A model generated the notes under the pieces. The model saw only the letters and a list, made by a program, of their open reading frames with translations. It had not been told where the DNA came from and did no database searches. From assembly GCA_004297825.1 (NCBI GenBank), contig SCSX01000084.1, positions 42,862-106,861 on the forward strand: a stretch of 64,000 nucleotides of DNA. The letters run 5' to 3'. Shown piece by piece: positions 1 through 10,558 of this stretch. The translations under genes and the position numbers were made by a program. The stretch's first letter is position 1. Every line of letters begins with the position of its first letter. The DNA is from Spirochaetota bacterium (lineage in GTDB: Bacteria > Spirochaetota > UBA4802 > UBA5368).

Positions 1-88
1 TTGCTTGAGTTTGATTGTATCCTGGGTAAGTATATTCAAGTTTGATTTTTTCGAATAAACCGCCGTCGCGTAAGCATCGAGGAAGCCC

Positions 89-622
89 ATGCCGGTATGT
101 TCATTCAAGAATAAGATCCCCGTGATAGGGAAAGGTACCTGGATCGCGCCCAACGCGTATGTTATCGGCGATGTACGTATCGGCAGGGATTGTTTCATCG
201 GCTTTGGTGCGACCATCCGCGCCGATTTCGGCACCATAATAATTGGAAATGCGAGCGCCGTGGAAGAGGGCGTGGTGATCCACGGCCCGGGGCTTACCGA
301 GATCGGTAACTCGGTCATCCTGGGCCACCTGGCGATGGTGCACGCGTCGATCGTCCGGGACTTCGCCCTCATCGGTATGCAGGCGCTCATCACCGATAAT
401 TCCCTCGTGGAGGAGTGGGCCATCGTGGCGGAAAAGTCCCATGTAAGGAAGAAACAGGTGATACCGTCCGGAACCATCTTCGGGGGAATTCCCGCTGAGG
501 AGGTCGGCAAGGTGACACAGCGCCATCGCGATCTGCTGGCCTTGGGCCAGCAGGCCTACAAAGACCTGGCGGCACAATATACGGAGACTTACAGGGAAAT
601 TGAGTGGATTCCATCTCCATGA
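89..622 (+). CDS. Gamma carbonic anhydrase-like hexapeptide-repeat protein (YrdA/PaaY/CaiE family)
   Basis: Left-handed beta-helix repeats (IAPNAYVIGDVRIG, IRAD); His residues in VVIH and GHLAMVH. Confidence 0.85.
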   Translation: MPVCSFKNKIPVIGKGTWIAPNAYVIGDVRIGRDCFIGFGATIRADFGTIIIGNASAVEEGVVIHGPGLTEIGNSVILGHLAMVHASIVRDFALIGMQALITDNSLVEEWAIVAEKSHVRKKQVIPSGTIFGGIPAEEVGKVTQRHRDLLALGQQAYKDLAAQYTETYREIEWIPSP

Positions 623-673
623 AGCGAATTTAAAAAATGGCGGATTAGACTCATTTCAGCATTCCCAATCGCT

Positions 674-1591
674 ATGCACACAAAAATACTGATCATTGCC
701 GATATAGAAGGGAGCTCGGGGTGCCGGGACTATGAATCATCGGCATTCAAAACCAAAAAATGGGCCGGGGCGTGCGTTGAAATGTCAAAGGACGTCAATG
801 CGCTCGTGAAGGCCCTGCTGGACGCGGGCGCGGAACAAATCTTCGTAAAGGACTTCCATAGAACGGGATTCAATCTCTTTCCGGAACTGATAGACCCAAG
901 GGCTCGGATTATACCAGGCTACATAAACGGCATGGTTCCCGGCATTGGCGATCCTCCCGAAGTGACCGGCCTCATGATGACGGGGATGCACGCATCGTCG
1001 GGATCGGGCGGATTCCTCGCGCATACCCTGACTTCGAGAATAGAGAGGCTCACGGTAAACGGAACCCCCATGGCCGAGGTGGAGCTTTTTTCATCGGCCC
1101 TTGCACCTTTTAACATACGCCCCATATTCTTTTCAGGCTGCCCGGTGGCGTGCGCGGAGGCGCAGCGCGCTATAAAAAACATTACGGTCCACGCCATCGA
1201 TAAGGCAGGGAACAATAGATTCAATTCGGATGCGTGGAGAACACAACTTGCCGCAAGGGGCGTGGAATCGCTCATGAACGATAAGACCATACCATGCCTG
1301 TTGACAGGACCATTCAGCGCAAAGGTTGTAATGCGTGATGGGCCAATGTACGCGAAGAAGCTGGCCGAACGATGGGGATTCAAGTACAAGGGGAATACGG
1401 TATTCCTGGAGGAAAAGGAGATTCGGGATCTGTACCACAACCTGATCAGGCTTTGCTACCTGACACCATTCGTTGAAAAGATACTCCCGCTGGGATTACC
1501 GCTTTATAATCTATACGGATTATGGGGACGCAAATGGGCTATGAAGCACTCTGATTATCGCCGCCATACATGGATGAGATCTCATTTTTAA
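674..1591 (+). CDS. M55 family metallopeptidase (D-aminopeptidase DppA-like)
   Basis: ADIEG, DFH, GMHA..G..AHT and AEVEL match the DppA Zn-ligand pattern. Confidence 0.8.
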   Translation: MHTKILIIADIEGSSGCRDYESSAFKTKKWAGACVEMSKDVNALVKALLDAGAEQIFVKDFHRTGFNLFPELIDPRARIIPGYINGMVPGIGDPPEVTGLMMTGMHASSGSGGFLAHTLTSRIERLTVNGTPMAEVELFSSALAPFNIRPIFFSGCPVACAEAQRAIKNITVHAIDKAGNNRFNSDAWRTQLAARGVESLMNDKTIPCLLTGPFSAKVVMRDGPMYAKKLAERWGFKYKGNTVFLEEKEIRDLYHNLIRLCYLTPFVEKILPLGLPLYNLYGLWGRKWAMKHSDYRRHTWMRSHF

Positions 1592-3347
1592 AGCGTTCCG
1601 TGATATTCTTCCTTTTAATCTTCAACGTCGGCGTGATCTCTCCCTCTTCCTGCAAGAATTCCCGCGGAAGGACGATGAATTTTTTAATGCTTTCATATTT
1701 CGCAAGATTTTCATTTATCCGATCAATCCCTTTCTGGACCGCCCGCAGTATATCATGCGATAGGATCAAATTCTCAAATCTTTCGCCCGGGATATTGTGC
1801 CGCTTCGCATAGTCTTTCGTGTCCGCCATGTCGAGCGTGATAAGCGCGGTAAGATAATTTTTTCTGTCCCCGTAAACCATCGCATTGGAAACCATGGGAA
1901 TTTTTTTGAGCATATTCTCGATGTTCTGGGGAGATATCTTTTTCCCTCCCGATGTTACAATGAGGTCTTTTTTCCTGTCGTTGATCACCAGGAAGCCGTC
2001 AGCGTCCCAGTATCCTATGTCGCCGGTATAACACCAGCCGCCCTGTAGTATCTCTTTCGTGAGGGAAGGCTTGTTGCAGTACCCGAGGAAGTTGTTGCCG
2101 TGTATTAATATCTCGCCGTCATCGGCGATTTTAACCTCGAAACCGGGCATGGGCATCCCCACCGTGCCGTAACGGCATTTTTCGAATGTGGTCATCGTTC
2201 CTCCAAGGGTCTCCGTGAGGCCGTAAAACTCGATCACCTGTATTCCAATGCTGTGAATAAATTCTCCCACCGCAGCCGAGAGCGGAGCTCCCGCCGATAC
2301 GGCAAACCGGAGCTGCCCGCCCAGCAGGTCCCGTATCTTTTTGAAAACGAGCAGATCGGCCAGCGAAAATGCAAGACTCAATAGTATGGAAACATGTCCC
2401 TTTGAGTTCATCCCCCTGCTTCTCATCGTTCCGATCGTCACCGCGAAGGAGAATATCATCCGCTTCAACGGGGATCCCTGTTTCACGTTGTTCAGTATCC
2501 TGCCGTGGACCTTTTCAAATATGCGGGGCACGCTGGTAAAATATGTGGGGCGGACTTCCATCATATTTTTTGCCAAAGTATCAATCGATTCGGCGACGGC
2601 AAACGGGACGTTTTTGAAAATATTGTAGTAGTAGCCGGATATCCTCGGATAGAAATGCGAGAGGGGGAGCACCATCAGGGACAGGTTCGACTCCGGATCA
2701 ATGCGGATCAGGTCATCGATCGATTTCAGGACATAGACGGTATTCCCGTGACTCACCATGCACCCCTTCGGGGGGCCGGTAGTTCCGGAGGTATAGACGA
2801 TAGTCGCCATTTTCGATGGATCGATCGATCGGGCGATTTTTTCAATTCTGCCGCCAAGAGCATTGAAACTTTTTCTGCCGATTTCAAGAAGGTCGGAGTA
2901 TGAAATGACATTTTTCTGTTTAGGCCGCTTTCCGTGTATGAGGATGATCTTTTTCAAACCGAGCCCTTTCCCTTTTGACAGGACCTTGGCGAGCTGCAGC
3001 TCATCTTCCACCACGACATACTTTGATCCTGAATCCCTAATGATATAGGCGCATTGATCGGGGGTATTCGTGTGATATACCGGCACGTCGGCTCCACCCA
3101 TCATCATGCATCCCAGGTCGGCGATGATCCATTCATAGCGGTTTGACGAGAGTATCGCCATCCTGTCGGCGGTCTTCATGCCCAGCTTTGCAAGGCCGCA
3201 TGCAAAGGCCATCGTCGTCTCCCTCAATTCCTTCCAGGTTACGTCGCTATAGTCAGCCCCTTTATTCTTTTTAAACTTGAGGATAGTCGTATGAGGATAT
3301 GCCAGAGCGTTATCCAGAAATATGTCGATGATTGTATCTCCGCCCAT
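1539..3347 (-). CDS. Long-chain fatty acid-CoA ligase (AMP-dependent synthetase)
   Basis: YTSGTTGPPKG, YGLTE, TGDIG, DRKKDLIVTSGGK, TPTLKIKR. Confidence 0.9.
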   Translation of the reverse strand: MGGDTIIDIFLDNALAYPHTTILKFKKNKGADYSDVTWKELRETTMAFACGLAKLGMKTADRMAILSSNRYEWIIADLGCMMMGGADVPVYHTNTPDQCAYIIRDSGSKYVVVEDELQLAKVLSKGKGLGLKKIILIHGKRPKQKNVISYSDLLEIGRKSFNALGGRIEKIARSIDPSKMATIVYTSGTTGPPKGCMVSHGNTVYVLKSIDDLIRIDPESNLSLMVLPLSHFYPRISGYYYNIFKNVPFAVAESIDTLAKNMMEVRPTYFTSVPRIFEKVHGRILNNVKQGSPLKRMIFSFAVTIGTMRSRGMNSKGHVSILLSLAFSLADLLVFKKIRDLLGGQLRFAVSAGAPLSAAVGEFIHSIGIQVIEFYGLTETLGGTMTTFEKCRYGTVGMPMPGFEVKIADDGEILIHGNNFLGYCNKPSLTKEILQGGWCYTGDIGYWDADGFLVINDRKKDLIVTSGGKKISPQNIENMLKKIPMVSNAMVYGDRKNYLTALITLDMADTKDYAKRHNIPGERFENLILSHDILRAVQKGIDRINENLAKYESIKKFIVLPREFLQEEGEITPTLKIKRKNITERFKNEISSMYGGDNQSAS

Positions 3348-3377
3348 AGTCTGCCCCCGAATATTTTATGATATGGT

Positions 3378-4619
3378 CTACTTCTTCTGTAACAGCATTT
3401 CCATGAAGGCATCCGCCCTCGTCTGGAACTGCGCCATGGAAAAATTTCTCTCGTCCATATGATCGCCGTCTATCACGAGTGACGGTATCCCGAGATCCTT
3501 TTCAAGGGCCCTCTTGATATCCATCTGGCCCAGGGTGATGGGATGGCATGATTTATTGCTGTGCAGTATTGCCCCGTCGATGTGATATTCCCTGCATGCC
3601 TTAAGCACCATCTCCTTTCGTTTTTTGATGGAGACGCAGGAGACCATTGGGTACGACATCAGGCTCTTCATGGCCAGCGTCTCTATCGGGTTCTTCACAT
3701 CAAGCCTCAGGGACCATGCCGCCGAATAGGTTTCCGCCACCATGACTCCTCCCATGGTTTCGAAATAATTCAGCAGGCCCATGTTGTACCAGGGAGGAAT
3801 ATTGTCCCAGAAAAGGCGCACTTTTTCGTTTTCGATAACCCCGATTTTCGAAAGGGCCCTCTCCCTCACTTCGTCCCTCACCCTGGTCAGGTAATCCACC
3901 GCGGTTTGCGTTCCCTGACGGGTGACCATGACGAACATAATGCCGATCTCGGCCGCCGAAAAAGGCGTGGGGATGCTTTTTCTGTAGGCCATGATCTCAT
4001 CCCAGAGCGCGCACGCCCGGTCGGAGAGCATGACGACTTCCGCCAGCCTGTCACGATCGAGCGTGCGTCCCGTCGCTTCGGTGAGGAATTCGATGAGCCG
4101 GTTTATTTCGCTCACCGCATATCTCAGGTGATCCTCTCTAATATCTTCTACGGCGACTTGAGGAAGATCGGCCCTGAATACTTTTGCATCGGGGAAGCGC
4201 TCTTCCATGATGTGGAAAATTTTCATGACGGGGATGCATCCGGCCCCGGGGGAGATTATAAGATCCGGCTCTGGGAGGCCGCCCAGGGGGCCTCCCCCGT
4301 TCTTCATCAGGCCGTACACATATCCGTTGATGTTTCGAAGATAGCCGCAGAGGTCCCGCGAATATCCCATCTCCTCGGTGACGCGAAAATTTTCCGGCGT
4401 GAGCCCGAAGGCGGCGCAGATGGGAGACCAGTTTTCCGGAAACACCGGCTGGAGGTCCATGGCGTAAAATATCTCAATTCCCCCGTTCATCGGGGGCATC
4501 CACCCTACGGGTTTCCCCATGCCCCTGGCCTGGTTGCATTCCTGGTAATACTCGATAATTATCCTGCTGAGCTCCTTTGCGGTAGTGAGTCTTTTCTTGG
4601 ATTTGCCGGATTTTTCCAT
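3378..4619 (-). CDS. 2-hydroxyacyl-CoA dehydratase / benzoyl-CoA reductase-type subunit (HgdA/FldB/BcrB-like)
   Basis: PEN, GYSRDLCGY, LPEPDL, HSNKSC, GDHMDER..S..Q.QTR..AF.E. Confidence 0.85.
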   Translation of the reverse strand: MEKSGKSKKRLTTAKELSRIIIEYYQECNQARGMGKPVGWMPPMNGGIEIFYAMDLQPVFPENWSPICAAFGLTPENFRVTEEMGYSRDLCGYLRNINGYVYGLMKNGGGPLGGLPEPDLIISPGAGCIPVMKIFHIMEERFPDAKVFRADLPQVAVEDIREDHLRYAVSEINRLIEFLTEATGRTLDRDRLAEVVMLSDRACALWDEIMAYRKSIPTPFSAAEIGIMFVMVTRQGTQTAVDYLTRVRDEVRERALSKIGVIENEKVRLFWDNIPPWYNMGLLNYFETMGGVMVAETYSAAWSLRLDVKNPIETLAMKSLMSYPMVSCVSIKKRKEMVLKACREYHIDGAILHSNKSCHPITLGQMDIKRALEKDLGIPSLVIDGDHMDERNFSMAQFQTRADAFMEMLLQKK

Positions 4620-4689
4620 TCCGATACCCCGACTAGTTGATAATATGTAACGTGCGTGTGAAGGGCTTGCCGATCATATTTGTCGGCGC

Positions 4690-5802
4690 CTATTTTAAAA
4701 TCTCCAAGAAGCTTTCGATTCGGGTCATAAATTGACCGTCTACATCGGGTGACTCCGCGATCTCGATGGCCAGGGACGGAATGCCCTTTGCATTCAGCTC
4801 GCGCGCCAGTACGGGGTGGTCCGCAAGATGCGGGGTGCAGAATTTTTGAAAGAGAAACAGTACGCCTTTGGCGCCGGACGCCTGTATAAGATCCGCGAGG
4901 TGTGGCAGGCGCTCCAGAACCCTGCTCCTCGAGGGGCAGGGAAACCGGTTCATATATCGATCGATCAGCGCATCGACCGCATCCTTGCCGGAACCCGAGG
5001 GCGGGGAAAAATTACGATAACCGGTGCAGAGATCATCAGCGACGATCCTTCCCCCGCGGTCCTCTACTATTTCAAACAACCGGGTATTTTCGATGATGCT
5101 GCCGGAAACAAGGATCGGAACACCGTCCGGTTTTCGCGTCGCTGTCGTAGTGAAGGTCGATACAAGGGTTTTAAGCATCGCCAGGTAATCCGCGGGAGGG
5201 GTAATGAATCCGGCGAGTACCACGTACAGGAAGTCGCCGGCCGACAAGGGAAGACTCCCGCGATATCTCATCGTATACATGTCGAGCATTGCCTGGCGGA
5301 TCTCCCCGTATAATTCAAGGGACGATCTCAACTTGCCTTCCTGAAAATCACCCCCGATGGATTCGAGCATTTTCACCAGGTCCATCATGCGGGCGCGCAT
5401 GAATTCCCCGGAAGCGGCCGATTTATTGTAGGGGAGCGGCATTGAGTAGAAGAGTTTCCCCCCGATATTCTCTTCCCAGATGTTCACGATGCCGCAGGCG
5501 GCGTCGCAGGTGTATCCCTGGATGATGCCGGAAAGGAAATTATATTCTCCGCCAAGGCCCTTTTCAAGCGCGCCTCTCACGTAGGGACAGATAAAGCTTG
5601 GCACGAGGGAATAGGCTTTATCCGTCTGCCGTGAGCTGCCGGTCAATCGTACCGGGACGATTCCCATGGAGTGGATCAGCTCAAGGGGCGTATAGGTGCA
5701 GAAATATCCGATAATCGCCTTGCCGCGCGAGGCAATTTCAGTCAGATACGCTTGTTCGTTTCGAACAATTTCAACGAAGGGCTCGACCATTTTAGATCTC
5801 AT
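4690..5802 (-). CDS. 2-hydroxyacyl-CoA dehydratase subunit (HgdB/FldC/BcrC-like)
   Basis: GYFCTYTPLELI, ICPYV, TCD, ADDLCTG, KFCTPH, TRIESFLE. Confidence 0.85.
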   Translation of the reverse strand: MRSKMVEPFVEIVRNEQAYLTEIASRGKAIIGYFCTYTPLELIHSMGIVPVRLTGSSRQTDKAYSLVPSFICPYVRGALEKGLGGEYNFLSGIIQGYTCDAACGIVNIWEENIGGKLFYSMPLPYNKSAASGEFMRARMMDLVKMLESIGGDFQEGKLRSSLELYGEIRQAMLDMYTMRYRGSLPLSAGDFLYVVLAGFITPPADYLAMLKTLVSTFTTTATRKPDGVPILVSGSIIENTRLFEIVEDRGGRIVADDLCTGYRNFSPPSGSGKDAVDALIDRYMNRFPCPSRSRVLERLPHLADLIQASGAKGVLFLFQKFCTPHLADHPVLARELNAKGIPSLAIEIAESPDVDGQFMTRIESFLEILK

Positions 5803-5888
5803 GATAATTTTCCATATTGTAGTTCAACTGTCAGGCATAGCTTGCAAAATATTAAAGGCCTGTAACAACATCGAGCGACAGCCGCATA

Positions 5889-7580
5889 TCATGCGGAACC
5901 GGCCATGATCTTTCTAAGGTCCTTCTTTAAAATCTTGCCGACAGTGCTCAAGGGGAGCTGGTCCAGGAACTCAATCCGTTTGGGAATTTTATAGGGGGCC
6001 AGTTTCGATTCTAAGAATGAAATAATATCGGCCCTCATTGTATCGTTCCCTTCGCGATCCGGTTTCAGAACAATCGCCGAGGCGACGATCTCGGAGCCGG
6101 GCCTCCTGGGATCGGGAAGGCCCACCGTTGCCGCCATGGCAATATCGGTATGCTCAAGAAGGACTTCATCCACCACGCGCGTAAACACCTTGAATCCCGA
6201 AACGTTCACCATGTCCTTTATCCTGTCGACGATATACAGGTATCCCTCTTCGTCCATCGTACCGACATCGCCCGTACGGAACCAGCCGTTATTCAAAGCA
6301 TTGGCCGTCTCCTCCGATTGCCTATGGTATCCGGTGAATATCTGCGGGCCTTTCACCACCACCTCTCCCGGTTCGCCTGCGGGCATGAGCGCGCCCGTTT
6401 CCGGATCCAGGATTTTTATTTCCGTATCCGATATCGGAACCCCTACCGATCCGACTTTCCTCTTGCCTTTTACCGGGGGTGCCGCCACGCATGTGGTAGT
6501 TTCGGTCAGGCCGTAGGTTTCAATTATGGTTCCACCGACGAGCTTTTCAAACTGCTTGATGGTCTCGGCCGGGAAGGGCGCGGATCCGCTCAGGTAATAG
6601 TTCACGTTCGACAGGTCGAGGGAGCAGAATTCCTTGTATTTCATGAGTTCGATGTATATCGTCGGTACCGCTATTATCGAAGTGGGCTTGTGCTTTTTTA
6701 TCAGGGAGATCGTGAATTTCATATCCCGTGGGTTTGGAATAAGTATATATGAGCTCCCAATGGAAAAATGACCCATTGAGATGAAGCATCCGGCCATGTG
6801 AAACATGGGGTAGGGACAGAGTGTCGTCTCGTTCCATTTGTTGAAATTGTACCAGGCGTTATTCTGAATCATATGATTAACGAGGTTGCTCTGAGACAGC
6901 AGCGCTCCCTTGGGCTTGCCGGTAGTTCCGCCCGTATAGACCATGATGCAGGGACTTTGCGGATCGACCTTCACCAGTATTGAATCCCCCGACATGCCTT
7001 TCAGCATTTCCTGGAATCGTACTACCTTGATAACGGGTAATGGATGTATTTTCCCCGTGGGTATCTTTTTTAGGAGAAGGCCGGGTATTTTTTTCATCAC
7101 GGGCATATAATCGGCTATGGAGGTTACGAGTGCCCACCGAACACCTGTATTTTGCAGCGTTGCCTTGAATTTATCGAACAGCAGGTCGATCGTTACCACA
7201 AACCTCGTCCCTGAATCGTTCAACTGATATTCGAACTCCTCGGCGGTAAGAAGGGGGCTGAGTCCCTGATATACACAGCCGGCTTTTTGAATTCCGATAA
7301 GGCTGATAAAGCAGGCAGGAATATTGGGAAGGTTAACCGCGACGAAATCGCCCGGCGTGCATCCGTTCCTGACCAGGAAATGCGCAAACCTATTTGAAAG
7401 TTCATCCAGTTCCCGGTAGGTTATTCCTTTCCCCATGTAATAAAGGGCTACTCGATCGGGTACCTTGCTGAATGCCTCGCGGAGATATTCGGCGTAGCTG
7501 ATTTTTGGATAATCAAGTTCGGGCGCTACATCGGGATCATAATGCCGTAACCATGGTTTTGCCGAATAAAAATCATCCAT
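5889..7580 (-). CDS. Acyl-CoA synthetase (FadD-like)
   Basis: YTGGTTGKPKG, YGLTE, FRTGD, VDRIKDM, GKILK; ATG at 7580 preferred (purine-rich RBS upstream). Confidence 0.9.
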   Translation of the reverse strand: MDDFYSAKPWLRHYDPDVAPELDYPKISYAEYLREAFSKVPDRVALYYMGKGITYRELDELSNRFAHFLVRNGCTPGDFVAVNLPNIPACFISLIGIQKAGCVYQGLSPLLTAEEFEYQLNDSGTRFVVTIDLLFDKFKATLQNTGVRWALVTSIADYMPVMKKIPGLLLKKIPTGKIHPLPVIKVVRFQEMLKGMSGDSILVKVDPQSPCIMVYTGGTTGKPKGALLSQSNLVNHMIQNNAWYNFNKWNETTLCPYPMFHMAGCFISMGHFSIGSSYILIPNPRDMKFTISLIKKHKPTSIIAVPTIYIELMKYKEFCSLDLSNVNYYLSGSAPFPAETIKQFEKLVGGTIIETYGLTETTTCVAAPPVKGKRKVGSVGVPISDTEIKILDPETGALMPAGEPGEVVVKGPQIFTGYHRQSEETANALNNGWFRTGDVGTMDEEGYLYIVDRIKDMVNVSGFKVFTRVVDEVLLEHTDIAMAATVGLPDPRRPGSEIVASAIVLKPDREGNDTMRADIISFLESKLAPYKIPKRIEFLDQLPLSTVGKILKKDLRKIMAGSA

Positions 7581-7629
7581 TGGGACCCCCTTTTTCCTGG
7601 TGAACATTGATTACCTTATATCTGTCATA

Positions 7630-7637
7630 TGTCGACA
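7630..7637. promoter_or_regulatory. Candidate GntR operator, palindrome TGTCGACA
   Basis: Palindrome of the TGT-N2-ACA GntR/FCD type in the AT-rich divergent intergenic region between the ligase and the GntR gene. Confidence 0.45.
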
Positions 7638-7778
7638 ATTATATATATATTAGTATTTGTCAAGTTATAAATATTTCCGAAATTAAGGCCTGTCTTTCCG
7701 GGAACAGGAAGCCGGTAAAATTTTCTTGATTATTTGTTCGTAAAGCACAGCAAATGCATTTTTCGGAGAAACACTGGT

Positions 7779-8441
7779 ATGAACTTTACCCTATCGGAAA
7801 ACCTTTCCAGCCAGATAACGCACTACCTCACTGAAAGAATAATCAGCGGAGATCTCAGGCCGGGCGAACGCATCCAGGAAATACCCCTGGCGGCGGAGCT
7901 CGGCGTCAGCCGCGCGCCGATTCGCGAAGCCCTTCAGATACTGCGCAGGAACAGACTGGTCGAGCTAACCCCCCGGCACGGCGCACGCGTCACGCCCCTT
8001 TCGCGGGAGTACGTAGAATGGCTCTACGAGATCCTGGTCGAGCTGTACTCAATCGTCGTCCGCCAGCTCATAACCAGGCCCGATAAAGAGCGATTGTCCA
8101 GGTTCGAGGTCGCACTTGAAAAGATAGAGGCCATGTCCCGGGAGGGAGAGGAGCGGGCCTATTATAACGCCCGGATGGAGTATGCGCTGATAGGGCTCGA
8201 GGGGAGCAGCAACCTGTTGCTGAAGGAGACGATGTACGATTTTATTCCCAGCGTCATGAGGGTACAGCATCTCGCCCTGACGAAACGCCTGGGCAACATA
8301 AAAATGACAATGCAGTACCTGAAGACCTTCAACGACGCCATGAAAACGGGGGAGGTCGACCGGGGCGTGACGGCAATACGCGACTTGCTTCAATGCGACA
8401 AGGAATTCGCCATCAGGGCGATAGGGGAAGAGCAGCAGTGA
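7779..8441 (+). CDS. GntR family regulator (FCD effector domain)
   Basis: LRPGERI.E..LAAELGVSRAPIREAL winged HTH. Confidence 0.9.
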   Translation: MNFTLSENLSSQITHYLTERIISGDLRPGERIQEIPLAAELGVSRAPIREALQILRRNRLVELTPRHGARVTPLSREYVEWLYEILVELYSIVVRQLITRPDKERLSRFEVALEKIEAMSREGEERAYYNARMEYALIGLEGSSNLLLKETMYDFIPSVMRVQHLALTKRLGNIKMTMQYLKTFNDAMKTGEVDRGVTAIRDLLQCDKEFAIRAIGEEQQ

Positions 8442-8659
8442 TCGTCGGATCGCCCGTGCGTCAAGGTCTCTGCTTACTTTGACCGGCGCACTATCCTTAC
8501 AACTACACTGAAGACTGTCCTCCAGGGAAGGCTGGGAAAACCTCCCCCATTATACTATTTGACATATCCGATTTCCCGTGCATAAGGAATGCTCCGGTCC
8601 GTTTTTCCACGACGGATTATTCCTGAAAATTCCATGCGGCAACTGGATGAGGTCCCTTC

Positions 8660-10558
8660 ATGAAAAAAGTCACCTTCGCCGACAGGCTCAGATACGCCTT
8701 TGACAATACGCTCGCCAAGGGCACTCCCGCCCTCATCGCCTGGCTTTTCGCCGTCTCGCTCCTCATGATATTATTCTTTTCTATACTGGTATGGATTGCC
8801 GGGGCCCTTCCCGACGAAGCGGAAGGAAATTTCTTTCAACTGGTCTGGATGAGCCTGATGCGGTCGATCGACTCCGGCACCATGGGGGGAGACAAGGGTC
8901 TGTACAGCATTTTCATGCTGGGACTCACCTTCGGGGGGATATTCATCGTCAGCACGCTCATCGGCGTGATAAATTCCGGCATCGAGCGGAGGATCGAGCA
9001 GCTTCGCAAGGGGCGGTCGATGGTGGTGGAGAAAAACCATACGGTCATCCTGGGATGGTCGGAGCATATTTACTCGATAATATCGGAACTTGTGATCGCG
9101 AATAAAAATCAGCGCTACTCGTGCATCGTCATAATGGGAGACATGGACAAGGTCGAGATGGATGAGGCGGTGCGCAGCCACGCGGGCCCCACCGGACGGA
9201 CCAGGATCGTATGCAGGACCGGGAGCCCCAGCGATATAAACGACCTTGAGATCGCGGGCGTCGATATGGCCAGGTCCATCATCGTGGTATCGCCCCGCGA
9301 TGAAGACCCGGACGCCGAGGTCTTAAAAACGCTGCTTGCCCTGACCAACAACCCGAAGCGAAAAAGGGAGCCGTACCATATCGTCGCCGAGATACGCGAT
9401 CCCAAAAACATGGACATCGCTGCCATAGTCGGGAAGGACGAGGTCGAGCTTGTGCTGGTGGGCGATCTCATCGCGCGCATCATCGCCCAGACCAGCCGGC
9501 AGGCCGGGCTTTCTGTCGTCTACACCGAGCTTCTCGATTTCGGCGGCGACGAAATTTATTTCAAAGAGGAGCCGTCACTGGCCGGAAAGACATTCCGCGA
9601 AGCGTTGTTCATGTACGAGGATTCGGCGGTCATCGGGATCGCGCCGCGCGGCGGGAAATCCCATCTCAATCCGCCCATGGGCAGGATCATTGCCGAAGGC
9701 GACAGGCTGATCGTCATCTCGGAAGACGACGATACTATCAAGCCTTCCGAGATGAAGGAATTCAACATTGCCGGGGACATGATAAGCCCGGGATCGGTTT
9801 CGATAAGCGAGCCGGAATCACTGCTCATCATGGGGTGGAACTGGCGTGCACCCATCATCATTAAAGAACTCGACAACTACGTGGCCCAGGGATCCTCGGT
9901 GACGGTCGTTGCCGATATCGCTCCCGAAGAGAAGGAGTCCATCGCAAAGCGACTTGCGGGATTTAACAAGAAGCAGACTATTAAGCTCATGGCGGCAGAT
10001 ACCACGGACCGGTCGGTACTCAACAGGCTGAATGTCCAAACATACAGCCATATAATAATTCTCTGCTACTCCGATACGCTTTCAATGCAGCAGGCGGATG
10101 CGCGGACCTTGAAGACCCTGCTGCACCTTCGCGACATATCCGAAAAAACGGGGAACGAACTGTCGGTGATAAGCGAGATGATGGATGTGAAGAACAGGGA
10201 CCTGGCGCAGGTGGCCAGGGTAAACGATTTTATCGTCAGTGACAAGCTAATCAGCCTTCTTATGGCGCAGGTCTCCGAAAACAAGCAGCTCAACGGCGTC
10301 TTCATCGACCTCTTCGATCCGGAGGGGTCGGAGCTTTACCTTAAGCCGGTCGCAGACTACATCGTTCCCGGCTCCGAGGTCAATTTTTACACGATACTCG
10401 AAGCAGCCGCGCGGCGGAACGAGATCGCCATCGGGTACAAGATCGCGGCCGACGCCTACCGGGAGGAGCTTTCCTTTGGCGTGGTGGTGAATCCGGACAA
10501 ATCTAAAAAAGTATCCTTTGCGTCAGGGGACATGGTTATCCTTCTCGCCGAATCTTAG
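8660..10558 (+). CDS. CASTOR/POLLUX(DMI1)-like cation channel with tandem RCK domains
   Basis: Two TM helices around DSGTMGGD; GRS.VVE.NHT.ILGW; ELLDFGGDEIY; DPEGSELYLKP. Confidence 0.8.
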   Translation: MKKVTFADRLRYAFDNTLAKGTPALIAWLFAVSLLMILFFSILVWIAGALPDEAEGNFFQLVWMSLMRSIDSGTMGGDKGLYSIFMLGLTFGGIFIVSTLIGVINSGIERRIEQLRKGRSMVVEKNHTVILGWSEHIYSIISELVIANKNQRYSCIVIMGDMDKVEMDEAVRSHAGPTGRTRIVCRTGSPSDINDLEIAGVDMARSIIVVSPRDEDPDAEVLKTLLALTNNPKRKREPYHIVAEIRDPKNMDIAAIVGKDEVELVLVGDLIARIIAQTSRQAGLSVVYTELLDFGGDEIYFKEEPSLAGKTFREALFMYEDSAVIGIAPRGGKSHLNPPMGRIIAEGDRLIVISEDDDTIKPSEMKEFNIAGDMISPGSVSISEPESLLIMGWNWRAPIIIKELDNYVAQGSSVTVVADIAPEEKESIAKRLAGFNKKQTIKLMAADTTDRSVLNRLNVQTYSHIIILCYSDTLSMQQADARTLKTLLHLRDISEKTGNELSVISEMMDVKNRDLAQVARVNDFIVSDKLISLLMAQVSENKQLNGVFIDLFDPEGSELYLKPVADYIVPGSEVNFYTILEAAARRNEIAIGYKIAADAYREELSFGVVVNPDKSKKVSFASGDMVILLAES

